From: Polyangiales bacterium
GTDB taxonomy: Bacteria; Myxococcota_A; Polyangia; Polyangiales; Ga0077539
Assembly: GCA_044229975.1 (NCBI GenBank)
Contig: JBGARZ010000017.1
Coordinates: forward strand, 32,001 to 96,000
DNA: 64,000 nucleotides
Direction of reading: 5' to 3'
The notes beneath the pieces were generated by a model. The model worked only from the letters and a program-made list of their open reading frames with translations, had not been told where the DNA came from and did no database searches. Positions 1-9,517 of the stretch are shown here, piece by piece (position 1 is the stretch's first letter; each line of letters opens with the position of its first letter). Made by a program: the position numbers and the translations under genes.

Positions 1-161
1 AGCTCGTCGACCGGGATGACGCCCTCGTCGCGCGTCCCGCAGTGCATCTCTTCTTCAGTGCAGCTACCGAGGTCGGGGTGGACCGGGGCGCCGACGATCT
101 GTGGCGGCACGAGGTCCCTTCTGCTCGGGAGCAGCGCGGCGTCCGCCCCGGACGCACGGTT

Positions 162-1508
162 TCAGATCTGCGGGCAACCCGGTCCGAGGTCGCGGAGCGG
201 GATGAACATCCAGCCCTCCCGCTCGGAGCCATCCAAGAGGCGCACGTAGAAGATGCCGTCGCCACCCCGGAGCGTGCTGCTCGCCCGGAGCACGCGCACC
301 TCCGGGTTGGAGCCCACCTCCTCGGACCCCGCGCGCGTGACGGTCTCCGTCGGCCGGAGGTGGAACGAGGTGTAGGTCTGGTAGAGGCACCGTCCCGCGT
401 CGTTTTCATCGGCGCCGCCCGTCTCTGCGCGTGCCGACGGGGTCGTCGCGGCGCTGGGAACGGCAGCCGGACGCGGCACGCCCTCAACGGCGACCTCCGC
501 GATGCAGAGGTCCGACCACCGCGCGCCCGGCCACACCGCCTCGGCCACCAGGCGCACCGTCGACCCGACGGCGTGAAGGTGTTCGAACGTCACCTCTCGA
601 TCGTCCTCGGCGACGTCGAGACGGGCCACTGTATGACCGTCGACCTGAAGCTTCACGCGGCGTAGGTGCGCGTTTCCCAGGAACAGGTCCTCGCCGTGCC
701 CCGAGACGTGGTCCCAGCCAGTGGACACCGTGACGCGCTGAAACTCCGTCAGCGTGTCGAACGACGCCTCGATCCACTCACCCCTTCCGTGCCCGTGGGC
801 GGCCTCGTTCCACGCCGTGGCAGGGTCGCCGTCGAACGCGAGCTCGGGCGGGTACCGCCGGTCGCGGGCGGCGATAAACGTCGACGCCCGAACCGACGTC
901 GGCGCAAGCCCGCGGACAGCCTGTGGTGCCTCGCCCAGAGCAAACCCACAAGGCGCGACCTCCTGGGCGGTCAGGAAGGCGTATCCGTCGGCGCCGTCGC
1001 CCGACGTGTGGATGCGGAACATCTGACCTCTCCCGTGGCGCAACGTTCCGCGCCGGCCGACCTCGACTTCGGTCCCGACCGGGTACTCGCTCCCGGTCGG
1101 TGCGGCCGTCTCGGTGGGTCGGAGGTGAAAGGCAGTCGCGCGCACAATCCGACAGGCGGCCGACTGTGGCGGCACGACGACCGGGACGGGCGGAGGCGTC
1201 GGGGGTTCGGGTGAAGGCGTCGGAGGAGCGGGTGGTGCGAACGTCAGGGGCACCCGCGACGGCGGCGGGTTGTACTCGTCGACCGCGCCGCTCGCTCCTC
1301 GCTCGGCGGCGGGCGGACTCGACGACGGTGAATCGTCGGCGCCCGTCGGCTCCTGGTCCGAGAGCGACGCTGGACCCGTAGGCGTCGGCGCACCCGCGAT
1401 CTCGCGGGCCCCCAAGAGAAACACTCCGAGGACTCCTGCGACCCACGGCAGGGCGTAGCGCACCCCCGTCACTCCAGCGGCTTTGCCCTGCGGTGATCGG
1501 CTGGACAT
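162..1508 (-). CDS. Exported protein: N-terminal TM/signal, Pro-rich linker, two SH3b-like repeats flanking a discoidin/NADase-type glycan-binding domain
   Basis: Start trimmed to ATG 1508 (MSSRSPQG). Hydrophobic LPWVAGVLGVFLLG; repeated FHLRPTET motif; discoidin-like AFDGDPATAWNE...GEWI...DLCIAEV. Confidence 0.65.
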   Translation of the reverse strand: MSSRSPQGKAAGVTGVRYALPWVAGVLGVFLLGAREIAGAPTPTGPASLSDQEPTGADDSPSSSPPAAERGASGAVDEYNPPPSRVPLTFAPPAPPTPSPEPPTPPPVPVVVPPQSAACRIVRATAFHLRPTETAAPTGSEYPVGTEVEVGRRGTLRHGRGQMFRIHTSGDGADGYAFLTAQEVAPCGFALGEAPQAVRGLAPTSVRASTFIAARDRRYPPELAFDGDPATAWNEAAHGHGRGEWIEASFDTLTEFQRVTVSTGWDHVSGHGEDLFLGNAHLRRVKLQVDGHTVARLDVAEDDREVTFEHLHAVGSTVRLVAEAVWPGARWSDLCIAEVAVEGVPRPAAVPSAATTPSARAETGGADENDAGRCLYQTYTSFHLRPTETVTRAGSEEVGSNPEVRVLRASSTLRGGDGIFYVRLLDGSEREGWMFIPLRDLGPGCPQI

Positions 1509-1661
1509 CGTCGCCACCGTACGTCCGTGGAGCGCTTCGTGGAAGCGCCAGTGAACTCTGGCCAGGGGACTCGACGGCCCTCTTGCAGCGGGCGTATAAA
1601 CGGCCGCGGGGGCGCTGGCCCTCTGTTCCCCGTGTCGTCTCGATCCACGGAGTCCGAGCCC

Positions 1662-3143
1662 ATGGCCTCCCTCGCTTCCACCGACTGGTTCGGCTCCTAT
1701 CGGGCGTCCCTGCGCGCCGATCGAACCCATTGGACCGCGGTCTGGCTCTACGGCTCTCTCTGCGCCATCGGCGCTCTCTCACCCGTCGCTGGCGCGGTGC
1801 TCCTGACCTTCTTCGCCTTCTGCGCCTCCCTGCGGGTGCTGTTGCGGAACGGTTGGTTGCTCGCGCTCATGGCCGGCGCCGCTGCCGCAAGCACCTTCTT
1901 TCCGCCCCTCGGGGTCCTCCTGGCGCTCGTCGCGATCTACTTCCTGTTGCGCAGGATCGCCTTCATCTTCGAGAACATCCGGGTGATCGGGTTGGGCCTG
2001 CTCGTCTACGGCGTCGCGGTCGGGGCGATGCTCGGTGCGGACGAAGCCGCGCGCGCCGCGCTGGAGTGGACTGCCGTGCCCGCGCTGCAAGACGAGACGG
2101 TTCGGCATGTCCTGGCCGGGCTCGGGGCGGGGGCGCTCACGAGCGCCCTCATGCACGACGTACTGGTGACGACCTACAAGCGCGGCTACACGACGGCGAA
2201 GGCGCTGGAGATCATGTCGATGATCCCGCTGCTCCTCCTCAGCCTGCTGCTGCCGCTCCTCAAGCTGCATTTCAGCGTGGAGGTCCCGGCCGGACCGGGC
2301 TTCCACGGCCTCGACGGGCTGCACCACGGGTCGCCGGACCTCCATGGATACGGCGCGGTGGGGGAGGCCGTGCCCGAGGCAATGGCCGCGGGACAGGCGG
2401 CCGGGCTCGGTCGCTTCGTCCACGGTCCCCTGGCGGCAGAGCCGTCGATGGGGTTCCACGCGGCACCGCACGGCGCGCTTCACGCCGTGGACGGTCACCT
2501 CGGCGCGCCCGAGCCGCTCGCGCCCCATTTCGCGGGGGCTGCAGCCGCTCACCCCTTGCCCGGGTTCCCGCCTCCCCTGCACGCGCCGGAGCCGCAGTTC
2601 CACCCCGCGGCACCCATGCACGTCGGACCTGCGGTCCCGTCCGCCGTCGAGCCGTTTCATCCGCTCCCCGTCGCGACCGCGCCACACCCCTTCGTTCCGG
2701 CCTCTGCGCCGTTCGTCGCACCATCGCAGAACTTCGTGCAGATGATGACGGCCGACGGCCCGGTGGTCGTCCACCACTTCGGCCTGGACACCTCGTTCCA
2801 GCACGTGGGAGCCGGCGCGCCGCCGCCGATACACCTGCACCATCCGATCGCCGGGTCAGACACCCTGAGCCAGGGCCACGTCGTTCACGCCCACATCGAT
2901 CACGGACCCGGCGGCGACGTGCTCCACGACGGGATGTCTTCTTTCGGCGGAATGCGCATCACGGCGGGCCCTGATGGCTTCCACCACCTCGTCGGCCCGC
3001 AGGGGCTCGATCTGGTGCGCGGGCACGTGGTGAACGGTCAGTGGCAGATCACCGACATGCGTCCCGGGATGCACCCCACGTATCTTCCTCAGTCCGGTTC
3101 GCTCTCTTTTTCGGAGGTGCTCATCGGGCTCAGGATCGTCTGA
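1662..3143 (+). CDS. Multi-pass membrane protein with His/Pro-rich C-terminal region
   Basis: ATG 1662 (MASLAST); about 6-7 hydrophobic segments in the first 200 aa, then a low-complexity His/Pro/Gly-rich tail. Confidence 0.65.
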   Translation: MASLASTDWFGSYRASLRADRTHWTAVWLYGSLCAIGALSPVAGAVLLTFFAFCASLRVLLRNGWLLALMAGAAAASTFFPPLGVLLALVAIYFLLRRIAFIFENIRVIGLGLLVYGVAVGAMLGADEAARAALEWTAVPALQDETVRHVLAGLGAGALTSALMHDVLVTTYKRGYTTAKALEIMSMIPLLLLSLLLPLLKLHFSVEVPAGPGFHGLDGLHHGSPDLHGYGAVGEAVPEAMAAGQAAGLGRFVHGPLAAEPSMGFHAAPHGALHAVDGHLGAPEPLAPHFAGAAAAHPLPGFPPPLHAPEPQFHPAAPMHVGPAVPSAVEPFHPLPVATAPHPFVPASAPFVAPSQNFVQMMTADGPVVVHHFGLDTSFQHVGAGAPPPIHLHHPIAGSDTLSQGHVVHAHIDHGPGGDVLHDGMSSFGGMRITAGPDGFHHLVGPQGLDLVRGHVVNGQWQITDMRPGMHPTYLPQSGSLSFSEVLIGLRIV

Positions 3144-3209
3144 GTGGCCGACGCGATGGGTGACGCGCCGGGGAGGCGTCGGTCAGTTCCCAATCAACGA
3201 AGGACCGCC

Positions 3210-4142
3210 ATGAAAGCCGCGCTGATCGAACTCTGGATCGACCCGACGCAGGACCCTTCGCCCGAACCTCGCACGTTCTCAGCGGTGCTCCAGGACACGC
3301 TCCGCCGCGCGGCCCTTGATCGGGATCGAGTGGTGAAGACGGCTCTCGCTCAGGCGGTGGCAGACGGGGCCGAGTGGATCGTGTTCCCCGGGTGGACGGT
3401 GGTCGGCACGAGCCCCCCGCCCTGGCTGTTGAACGCCTCACGGGGGCGCACGATCGTCTGCGAGTGCCTCCACCCCGACGGGACGGCTACCAAGGAGAAC
3501 CGCACCCGACCAGCGGCCAGCAAGGAGCGCCGCATCCCCGACCGAGCGGCTGGCGCGGTGGACGAGGCCCCAGCACCGTGGCCGTCGTGGACGACGTACC
3601 TGCTCAAGGATGGCAAGGTCGCGGTCACGGCGACACAGCGCTTCGCGAGGGCGAGCGACCGCGCCGCCGGGAGCGCGGCGCTCCTCGGAGACCTGACAGA
3701 CGGGAGTCGTTCCGACAGCGACGCCATTCTGTGGGTCTGCGGTGAGGTCGAGCTCCTCTCCGGGGGCGGGGGGCGCCGCGGCGGAGGCCCGAACCCCGTT
3801 CGCAACGAGACGAAGCACCGCGACTCGGTGCTGCGCGGCGGCGGGGTCGTCCTCAACCCGGCGCACACCCGTGCGGGGCCCCAGGCGTCGCGGGACAAGC
3901 GCGCATGGTTGTCGCGCGGCGGTTGGCTGCTCAACACGGCCAACACGCATGCCAGGGGCTGGACCTTCTGGGGTGTCGACAAGGAGGGGCAGTTCACCAC
4001 CTCGTACACCGCCGGGGTCTCCCACTCTGCGGCGGGAGTGTGGCGCCGGGGGAATCGCCTGGTGGGCAAGCCGAGGGCGTCCGTGGCGCCGATCGAGGGG
4101 CTGGTCGGCTCGAACTCGATCACCTGGGTCGACATGAGCTGA
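3210..4142 (+). CDS. Hypothetical protein, divergent carbon-nitrogen hydrolase (nitrilase) fold
   Basis: AGGA SD before ATG 3210; GAEWIVFPGW resembles the LIVFPE motif and WVCGE resembles the ICYD nucleophile motif. Confidence 0.5.
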   Translation: MKAALIELWIDPTQDPSPEPRTFSAVLQDTLRRAALDRDRVVKTALAQAVADGAEWIVFPGWTVVGTSPPPWLLNASRGRTIVCECLHPDGTATKENRTRPAASKERRIPDRAAGAVDEAPAPWPSWTTYLLKDGKVAVTATQRFARASDRAAGSAALLGDLTDGSRSDSDAILWVCGEVELLSGGGGRRGGGPNPVRNETKHRDSVLRGGGVVLNPAHTRAGPQASRDKRAWLSRGGWLLNTANTHARGWTFWGVDKEGQFTTSYTAGVSHSAAGVWRRGNRLVGKPRASVAPIEGLVGSNSITWVDMS

Positions 4143-4264
4143 ACGGACCAGTCGTACCGCCTGCAAGACAGTCGGCGTCGAGAGGGACCGATCGGCGTCA
4201 GAAAAGATCTCGTCTTGTCGTCTTGTGACGAGTTTCCGCAACCTCGGTCGGGTGCCCCCGCGGC

Positions 4265-4332
4265 TGCAACTCCCATTGCACGCAACGGATCGCCGGCCGG
4301 AATCCAAGCCGAACGTTGCAAGGTTCCTTGCA
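4265..4332. promoter_or_regulatory. Twin palindromic operator TGCAA-N6-TTGCA (4265-4280 and 4317-4332)
   Basis: TGCAActcccaTTGCA and TGCAAggttccTTGCA, 52 bp apart, upstream of the 4701 operon. Confidence 0.5.
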
Positions 4333-4359
4333 CCGGCGTCCCACGCCGGAAGGAGACCC

Positions 4360-4647
4360 ATGGACATCGGATCACGCACTACGAAGAGGGTGGAAGAGGG
4401 CGGATTCAAGCAGGCGTCGCGCAACGGGTGGCCTTCCATCACCCGCAGATGGAGGCATATCGCCGGGTGGAACGCTGGAGAAGTTGCCGCTCGATCGGGG
4501 CGGGGCCCGACTGCTGTTCGTCGTGGCAGGGATCGTCGTGACCGTCTGAAGCGAGCGGTCACTGCAGAGCGTGTCGAGTACCTCCCGCGTCACGCCGCAC
4601 ACGTGTGCCGTGTTGCTCGGGACACGCTTCTTTTTTCGGTCTTTTGA
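4360..4647 (+). CDS. Possible small HTH-like protein or remnant
   Basis: AAGGAG SD before ATG 4360; GWNAGEVAARSGRGPTAVRR resembles a sigma70 region-4/HTH helix pair. Confidence 0.3.
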   Translation: MDIGSRTTKRVEEGGFKQASRNGWPSITRRWRHIAGWNAGEVAARSGRGPTAVRRGRDRRDRLKRAVTAERVEYLPRHAAHVCRVARDTLLFSVF

Positions 4648-4700
4648 GATGAAGAGTCGACGCCTCCACCTCGTAGGTTCGCGCCACGGAGGGTGGACGA

Positions 4701-6269
4701 ATGGCGGTCTCATACGATCAGGTTCACGCGCTGGTGAAGGCCGACACGGCGGTGCTTCACATCGCTTCCTTCGAGTGGGAGCGGGTCCGGGGGTGGTGCA
4801 TCGGGCTCGCGCGCGACCTCGCGCTGCCGCTCAAGGTCTGGAGTTCGTCGTCGGGACTCCAGCGCCCCCGCGGCGACGGCTGGGAGACAGAAACCGAGGA
4901 CACTGATCCCATCGCCGTGATGGCGGCGCTCCGTGAGTCGAAGGAGGGCGGCGTGCTCCTCCTTGAGGACATCCACCCCTACCTCGAACCCCAGCACCAC
5001 GCCGTCACGCGCTACGTCCGCGAGATGGCTCGCTGCGGGGCCGAACCGCGGCGGTTGCTCGTCCTGTCGACGCCGCTGCCCGGGCTCCCGCCCGAGTTGC
5101 AGAAGGAGGTCCCCACGATCGACCTGCCCCTACCGGGCGTCGATGAATTGCAGGAGGTCGCCCGCCTCGTCGCCGAGGCGCACGTGGTGCCCTTCGAACC
5201 GAGCGATGCCCTCTTCGCCGCGGCGCGCGGCCTGACGGTGATGGAGGCGCGGGTCGCCTTCGGGATGGCGGCCGTGCAGGACGGGCGCGTCGGCGCCAAC
5301 GCGATTGGCATGGTGGCGCGCGAAAAGGAGCGTGTGATCCGCCAGAGCCAGGTGCTCGAATACTTCGAGCCGGACGCGGGCATGGCGGACGTCGGGGGCC
5401 TGGAGAACCTCAAGCGCTGGCTCGACCGGCGCGGCCGCGCGTACGGGCCGGGCGCGCGGAAGTACGGCCTCGACGTCCCCAAGGGCGTGCTGCTCCTCGG
5501 GGTGCAGGGCTGCGGCAAGAGCCTCGTCGCCAAGGCCGTCGCCGCGTCGTGGGAGTTTCCGCTGCTGCGGCTCGACCTGGGGAAGGTGTTCGGCGGCATC
5601 GTGGGGCAGTCCGAAGGAAACGTCCGCGCGGCACTCCAGATGGCGCAGGCGCTCGCCCCCTGCGTGCTCTGGATCGACGAGATCGAGAAGGGCCTCGCGG
5701 GCGTGGGCAGCTCCGACCAGACGGACGGGGGCACGACCGCGCGCGTGGTGGGCACGCTGCTCACGTGGATGCAGGAGAAGCGCGAGCCCGTCTTCGTGGT
5801 CGCGACGGCCAACCGCGTGGACATGCTCCCGCCCGAGCTGCTGCGGAAGGGGCGCTTCGACGAGCTCTTCTTCGTCGACCTCCCCACGCACGCGGTGCGC
5901 AAGGAGATCCTCAAGATCCATCTGGTCAGGAAGAAGCGGAAGCCGAAGGACTTCGACCTCGAAGAGCTCGCCCGCTTGTCGGTCGGCTACTCGGGGGCGG
6001 AGCTGGAGGAGGCCGTGCGCGAGGGGCTCTTCGAGGCCTTCGCGGAGGGGCGCGAGGTCACGACGGAGCACATCGCCGTCGCCCTCCAGGGGACCTTTCC
6101 CCTCTCACGCACCATGGACGAACAGATCGGCGCCTTGCGGCGGTGGGCGCGGGTGCGCGCGCGCCTTGCCAGTTCCGATGAGCCCGAGGCGCTGCCCGAG
6201 CAGACGCAGTCCGCGCCGAAGCTCCGTCAGGAAACTCGCAACCCCTTCGTCCCAGAGGGTACGCGATGA
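4701..6269 (+). CDS. Ycf46-like AAA+ ATPase (degenerate N-terminal AAA module plus active C-terminal AAA)
   Basis: Walker A GVQGCGKS, Walker B VLWIDEIEK, SRH ATANRVDMLPPELLRKGRFD; GGAGG SD. Confidence 0.92.
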   Translation: MAVSYDQVHALVKADTAVLHIASFEWERVRGWCIGLARDLALPLKVWSSSSGLQRPRGDGWETETEDTDPIAVMAALRESKEGGVLLLEDIHPYLEPQHHAVTRYVREMARCGAEPRRLLVLSTPLPGLPPELQKEVPTIDLPLPGVDELQEVARLVAEAHVVPFEPSDALFAAARGLTVMEARVAFGMAAVQDGRVGANAIGMVAREKERVIRQSQVLEYFEPDAGMADVGGLENLKRWLDRRGRAYGPGARKYGLDVPKGVLLLGVQGCGKSLVAKAVAASWEFPLLRLDLGKVFGGIVGQSEGNVRAALQMAQALAPCVLWIDEIEKGLAGVGSSDQTDGGTTARVVGTLLTWMQEKREPVFVVATANRVDMLPPELLRKGRFDELFFVDLPTHAVRKEILKIHLVRKKRKPKDFDLEELARLSVGYSGAELEEAVREGLFEAFAEGREVTTEHIAVALQGTFPLSRTMDEQIGALRRWARVRARLASSDEPEALPEQTQSAPKLRQETRNPFVPEGTR

Positions 6270-9200
6270 AAACCCTCTACTTCCACGCCGTCGCCGCCAA
6301 CCCCCGCGTGGCCCACGCGCTGATGTTCCAGGTTGGCAACGTGCTCCGTCCGTTCCGCCGCTTTCTGGGGCAATCGATCTTCGCGGCCCGCGAGCGGCAG
6401 GTCCGCTATCAGCTCCCCTGGAAGCCGGTACCGAACCCTGTGGGGCTCGCGCTGACGGCACGCGACACCCGCATCCGGCTGCGGCGCCCGCCGCCCCGCT
6501 GGCTCTTCTCCGACTGGCCCGCCGCGCGGCCCTTCGACCTGACGCAGCCGCTCATGGTGGTGAGTCGCAGCGTGAACGTCCGGGTGCTCACAGCCGAGCA
6601 CACCCCCGATGGTCTGCGCGTCGAACCCGAGTCTCCCCTCTTCGCCGATGACACGGTCTTCTGGGGTGGTCGTGCCTGTCCGGTGCAGTCCGGGGATGCC
6701 TCCGGGCCACCGCGCACGATCGCGACGGTCGACGGCCACGCGCTCACGCTCCGTACCCCCTTCCACGAGGACGAGGGGGCGTGGTCGGCCACGATCGACG
6801 TGAGCTTCGACGGCGCCGAGCTCCTGGCCGACGGCCAACGGGTCGCGGTCAGCGTCTGCTCCGCGCTCGACGGGGTGACGCGGCTCTACGACGCGGCGGG
6901 GCGCCCGTTCGAGCTGCGCGACGGCGTCTTGAGGGTCGACGAGCTGCCGGCCGAAGGGCTCCTCCGAGCCGACAACGGCGTGCGCTTCGTCTGGCGGTCA
7001 CAAGGCCGGGGCGGGTCGCGTGGACGGTGCGTGCAGTTGCTCGCGCCCCCGAGCGCGCTCGGCGCGGACGACACTCTCGACCCGCGGGCGGCCTTCTGCG
7101 ACGACGACGTGAAAGAGGTCTGGACCCAGGCGCGCCACCACGCCGACACGACCATCAAGGTCCACCGGGTCGACCGCGAGCGGTACCAGCTCACGCTCGA
7201 CCGGCTGCCCCCGGCGGACGCGCTGCTCTACCTGCCGCTCGACCTGCGCACCCTGCGCCTCCAGCAGAGGGCGCTCGCGCAGCTCGCCGACGCTCCGCTC
7301 CCCCACCACGCCCCGCTGCTTCGTCTCTGCGAGGAGCCCGCGAAGGTGCGCTGGCCCGCCGCGGCGCCGCGCTGGCCGAGCCGATGGTACTCGCTCCAAG
7401 ACGAGAGCCGCAGCGGCACCGATGAGCAACGGCGCTTCGTCGCGAAGGCTCTGGGGTCGCCCGACTTCGCGTTCCTGGAGGGGCCGCCGGGGTCGGGCAA
7501 GACCACCGCGATCTGCGAGCTCATCCAGCAACTCGTCGCCGACGGGCAGCGCGTCCTGCTCTGCGCCTCGACGCACGCCGCGATCGACAACGTTCTGGAG
7601 CGTTTGCTGGTCGACCCCGGCGCGCTCGACGCAGTTCGCATCGGGCGCGCCGAGCGCGTCGACGACGCCGTGCTGGGCAGTCAGCTCGATCGCCGGGTCG
7701 AGGCGCTGGTCGGCGCGTGGCGGGGGGTGGGGGCCTTCGCGACGGCGGGCGACGGCGAGCTCCGCGAGATGGCCGAGCGCACCGTCATGATGTCCGCCAA
7801 CCTCACCTGCGGGACGACCATGGGTATCCTCGGCCACCCGCTCTTTCGCGAGCGCAACGGCGCGCGGGACGACCAGCCGGTCGCGACGTCCCCGCACTGG
7901 GACGTGCTGATCATCGACGAGGCCAGCAAGACGCTGACGCAGGAGTTCCTCGTGCCGGCGCTCCTGGCGCGGCGGCACGTCATCGTCGGGGACGTGCGGC
8001 AGCTCCCACCCTTCAGCGATCGCGCCGACGTCGTCGCCAACCTCCGCTCGCTCGCCGACCCGCGCGGTCGCGAGCTCTTCGCGCGCGACCACCAGCGCGC
8101 GATGCTGGTGCTGTTTCGTCTCCGTCGCGAGGCCCTCCGAGCGGCCGGGCTCCGCTGGCTCGTGGCGGAGAGCCCGGGCGTGATCGAATGGATCGTGCGC
8201 GAGCTCGACGCGATGGAGTCGCCGCCCTTCACGACGGCGCGTGTGGTGTCGCGGGTCGGCCGGTCGCCGCGCCACGTCGTCGAGGTGACGACCGACGAGG
8301 TGCTCGCGGGCGCCACACGCGCGCTGCACCTCGCGGCGGCGGAGGTCGTGCTGGTCGGCGAAGACCTCCTCGCGGCGGTCGCGGCCCGGCTCCCCGGCGA
8401 CCTCGCGCCCGCGTGCGACCTCACGGCAGGAAAGGCCGGCCTCGCGGAGTCCGACCCGTGGCTCTTCCGGCACGCGGCGTGGGTCGGCGCCGGGGGCCGC
8501 CTGTCGCGTAGCTACCAGGAGCGCCGGGACGAGATCGCGACCGCGGCGGAGGCCGAGCGCCACGAGCAGCGCTGGCTCTTCGAGCACGACCTGGCCAACG
8601 AGCTGGCGTGGCGCATCACCCGGCTGCACGAGTTGCGTCGGAGCGGCAACCGGTCCGAGCGCGGGCGCCTCCAGCGCGACCTCGCGCGCCTGAAGCCCGG
8701 GGCCGCCGACGTCGACGGTGCCATCGCCGAGATCCAGGACATCGGACTCCCGAGCGTGTTGGAGGTGTTGCAGGAGGGCATCGGCGCCGATCGGGCGGAG
8801 CGGCGCGGCGCGCTCACCGAGGGCCTGGCGAGCCAGGGCGAGGTGTTCGCCGCCCGCTTCGAGCGCCTCTCGTACCAGCACCGCATGCATCCCGAGATCT
8901 CGGCCTTTGCGCGCGAGAATTTCTACGACGGCAACGCTTTGCGCGATGCCAACACCATCGCCCAGCGCGACGCCGACCTCGGGTGGGATTACGGGACCTT
9001 CGGGCGTCGGCGGGTGTGGGTCGACGTCGACGGCCGCGACCAGCAGGGCATCAACACCGACGAGGTGCGGGCGATGCGGGGCGTCCTGGAGGACTTCGTG
9101 CGGTGGGCGAAAGGCCGTCCGCCGCCCGCCCGCCCGTCGTCGCCGCGCTGGGAGGTGGCGTGCCTGTCGTTCTACGCGAAGCAGGAGGGGGCCCTCGCGG

Positions 9201-9517
9201 AGATGCTGGGCGCGCTTACCGGCGACGTCCGGAAGACTCGCTTCCAGTGGCAGGGCGTAGAGATCGTGTGCGGCACGGTCGACCGGTTCCAGGGGCGCGA
9301 GGCAGACCTGGTGCTGCTCTCGCTGCGCAACACCCACCGCGTGGGCTTTCTGGACAGCCCGAACCGGCTGAACGTGGCCGTGACCCGCGCGCGACAGCAG
9401 CTCGTCGTGCTCGGGCGCGCGAGGTACTTCGAGGGCTGCGGGACCCCGGAGCTCGAAGCGTTGGCGAATCGGACCGAGCGCCAGGACGGGCGCCGTTGGG
9501 CGGGAGGACGACGATGA
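6266..9517 (+). CDS. Superfamily 1 (UPF1/DNA2-like) helicase with long N-terminal region and internal insertion
   Basis: GPPGSGKT, LIIDEAS, VGDVRQLPP, QHRMHPEI, TVDRFQGREAD, NRLNVAVTRAR; ATGA overlap with upstream stop. Confidence 0.92.
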   Translation: MKTLYFHAVAANPRVAHALMFQVGNVLRPFRRFLGQSIFAARERQVRYQLPWKPVPNPVGLALTARDTRIRLRRPPPRWLFSDWPAARPFDLTQPLMVVSRSVNVRVLTAEHTPDGLRVEPESPLFADDTVFWGGRACPVQSGDASGPPRTIATVDGHALTLRTPFHEDEGAWSATIDVSFDGAELLADGQRVAVSVCSALDGVTRLYDAAGRPFELRDGVLRVDELPAEGLLRADNGVRFVWRSQGRGGSRGRCVQLLAPPSALGADDTLDPRAAFCDDDVKEVWTQARHHADTTIKVHRVDRERYQLTLDRLPPADALLYLPLDLRTLRLQQRALAQLADAPLPHHAPLLRLCEEPAKVRWPAAAPRWPSRWYSLQDESRSGTDEQRRFVAKALGSPDFAFLEGPPGSGKTTAICELIQQLVADGQRVLLCASTHAAIDNVLERLLVDPGALDAVRIGRAERVDDAVLGSQLDRRVEALVGAWRGVGAFATAGDGELREMAERTVMMSANLTCGTTMGILGHPLFRERNGARDDQPVATSPHWDVLIIDEASKTLTQEFLVPALLARRHVIVGDVRQLPPFSDRADVVANLRSLADPRGRELFARDHQRAMLVLFRLRREALRAAGLRWLVAESPGVIEWIVRELDAMESPPFTTARVVSRVGRSPRHVVEVTTDEVLAGATRALHLAAAEVVLVGEDLLAAVAARLPGDLAPACDLTAGKAGLAESDPWLFRHAAWVGAGGRLSRSYQERRDEIATAAEAERHEQRWLFEHDLANELAWRITRLHELRRSGNRSERGRLQRDLARLKPGAADVDGAIAEIQDIGLPSVLEVLQEGIGADRAERRGALTEGLASQGEVFAARFERLSYQHRMHPEISAFARENFYDGNALRDANTIAQRDADLGWDYGTFGRRRVWVDVDGRDQQGINTDEVRAMRGVLEDFVRWAKGRPPPARPSSPRWEVACLSFYAKQEGALAEMLGALTGDVRKTRFQWQGVEIVCGTVDRFQGREADLVLLSLRNTHRVGFLDSPNRLNVAVTRARQQLVVLGRARYFEGCGTPELEALANRTERQDGRRWAGGRR

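Noticed and set aside
1..161. Possible start of a minus-strand gene running off the left edge
   Set aside because: Too short to assign a frame or product.
6998..9337. Long antisense/alternate-frame ORFs (e.g. 6998..9337-, 25428..27914+, 42831..45509+, 53474..55864+)
   Set aside because: They are shadow ORFs of real genes in high-GC DNA, with Arg/Gly/Ala-rich translations and no motifs.
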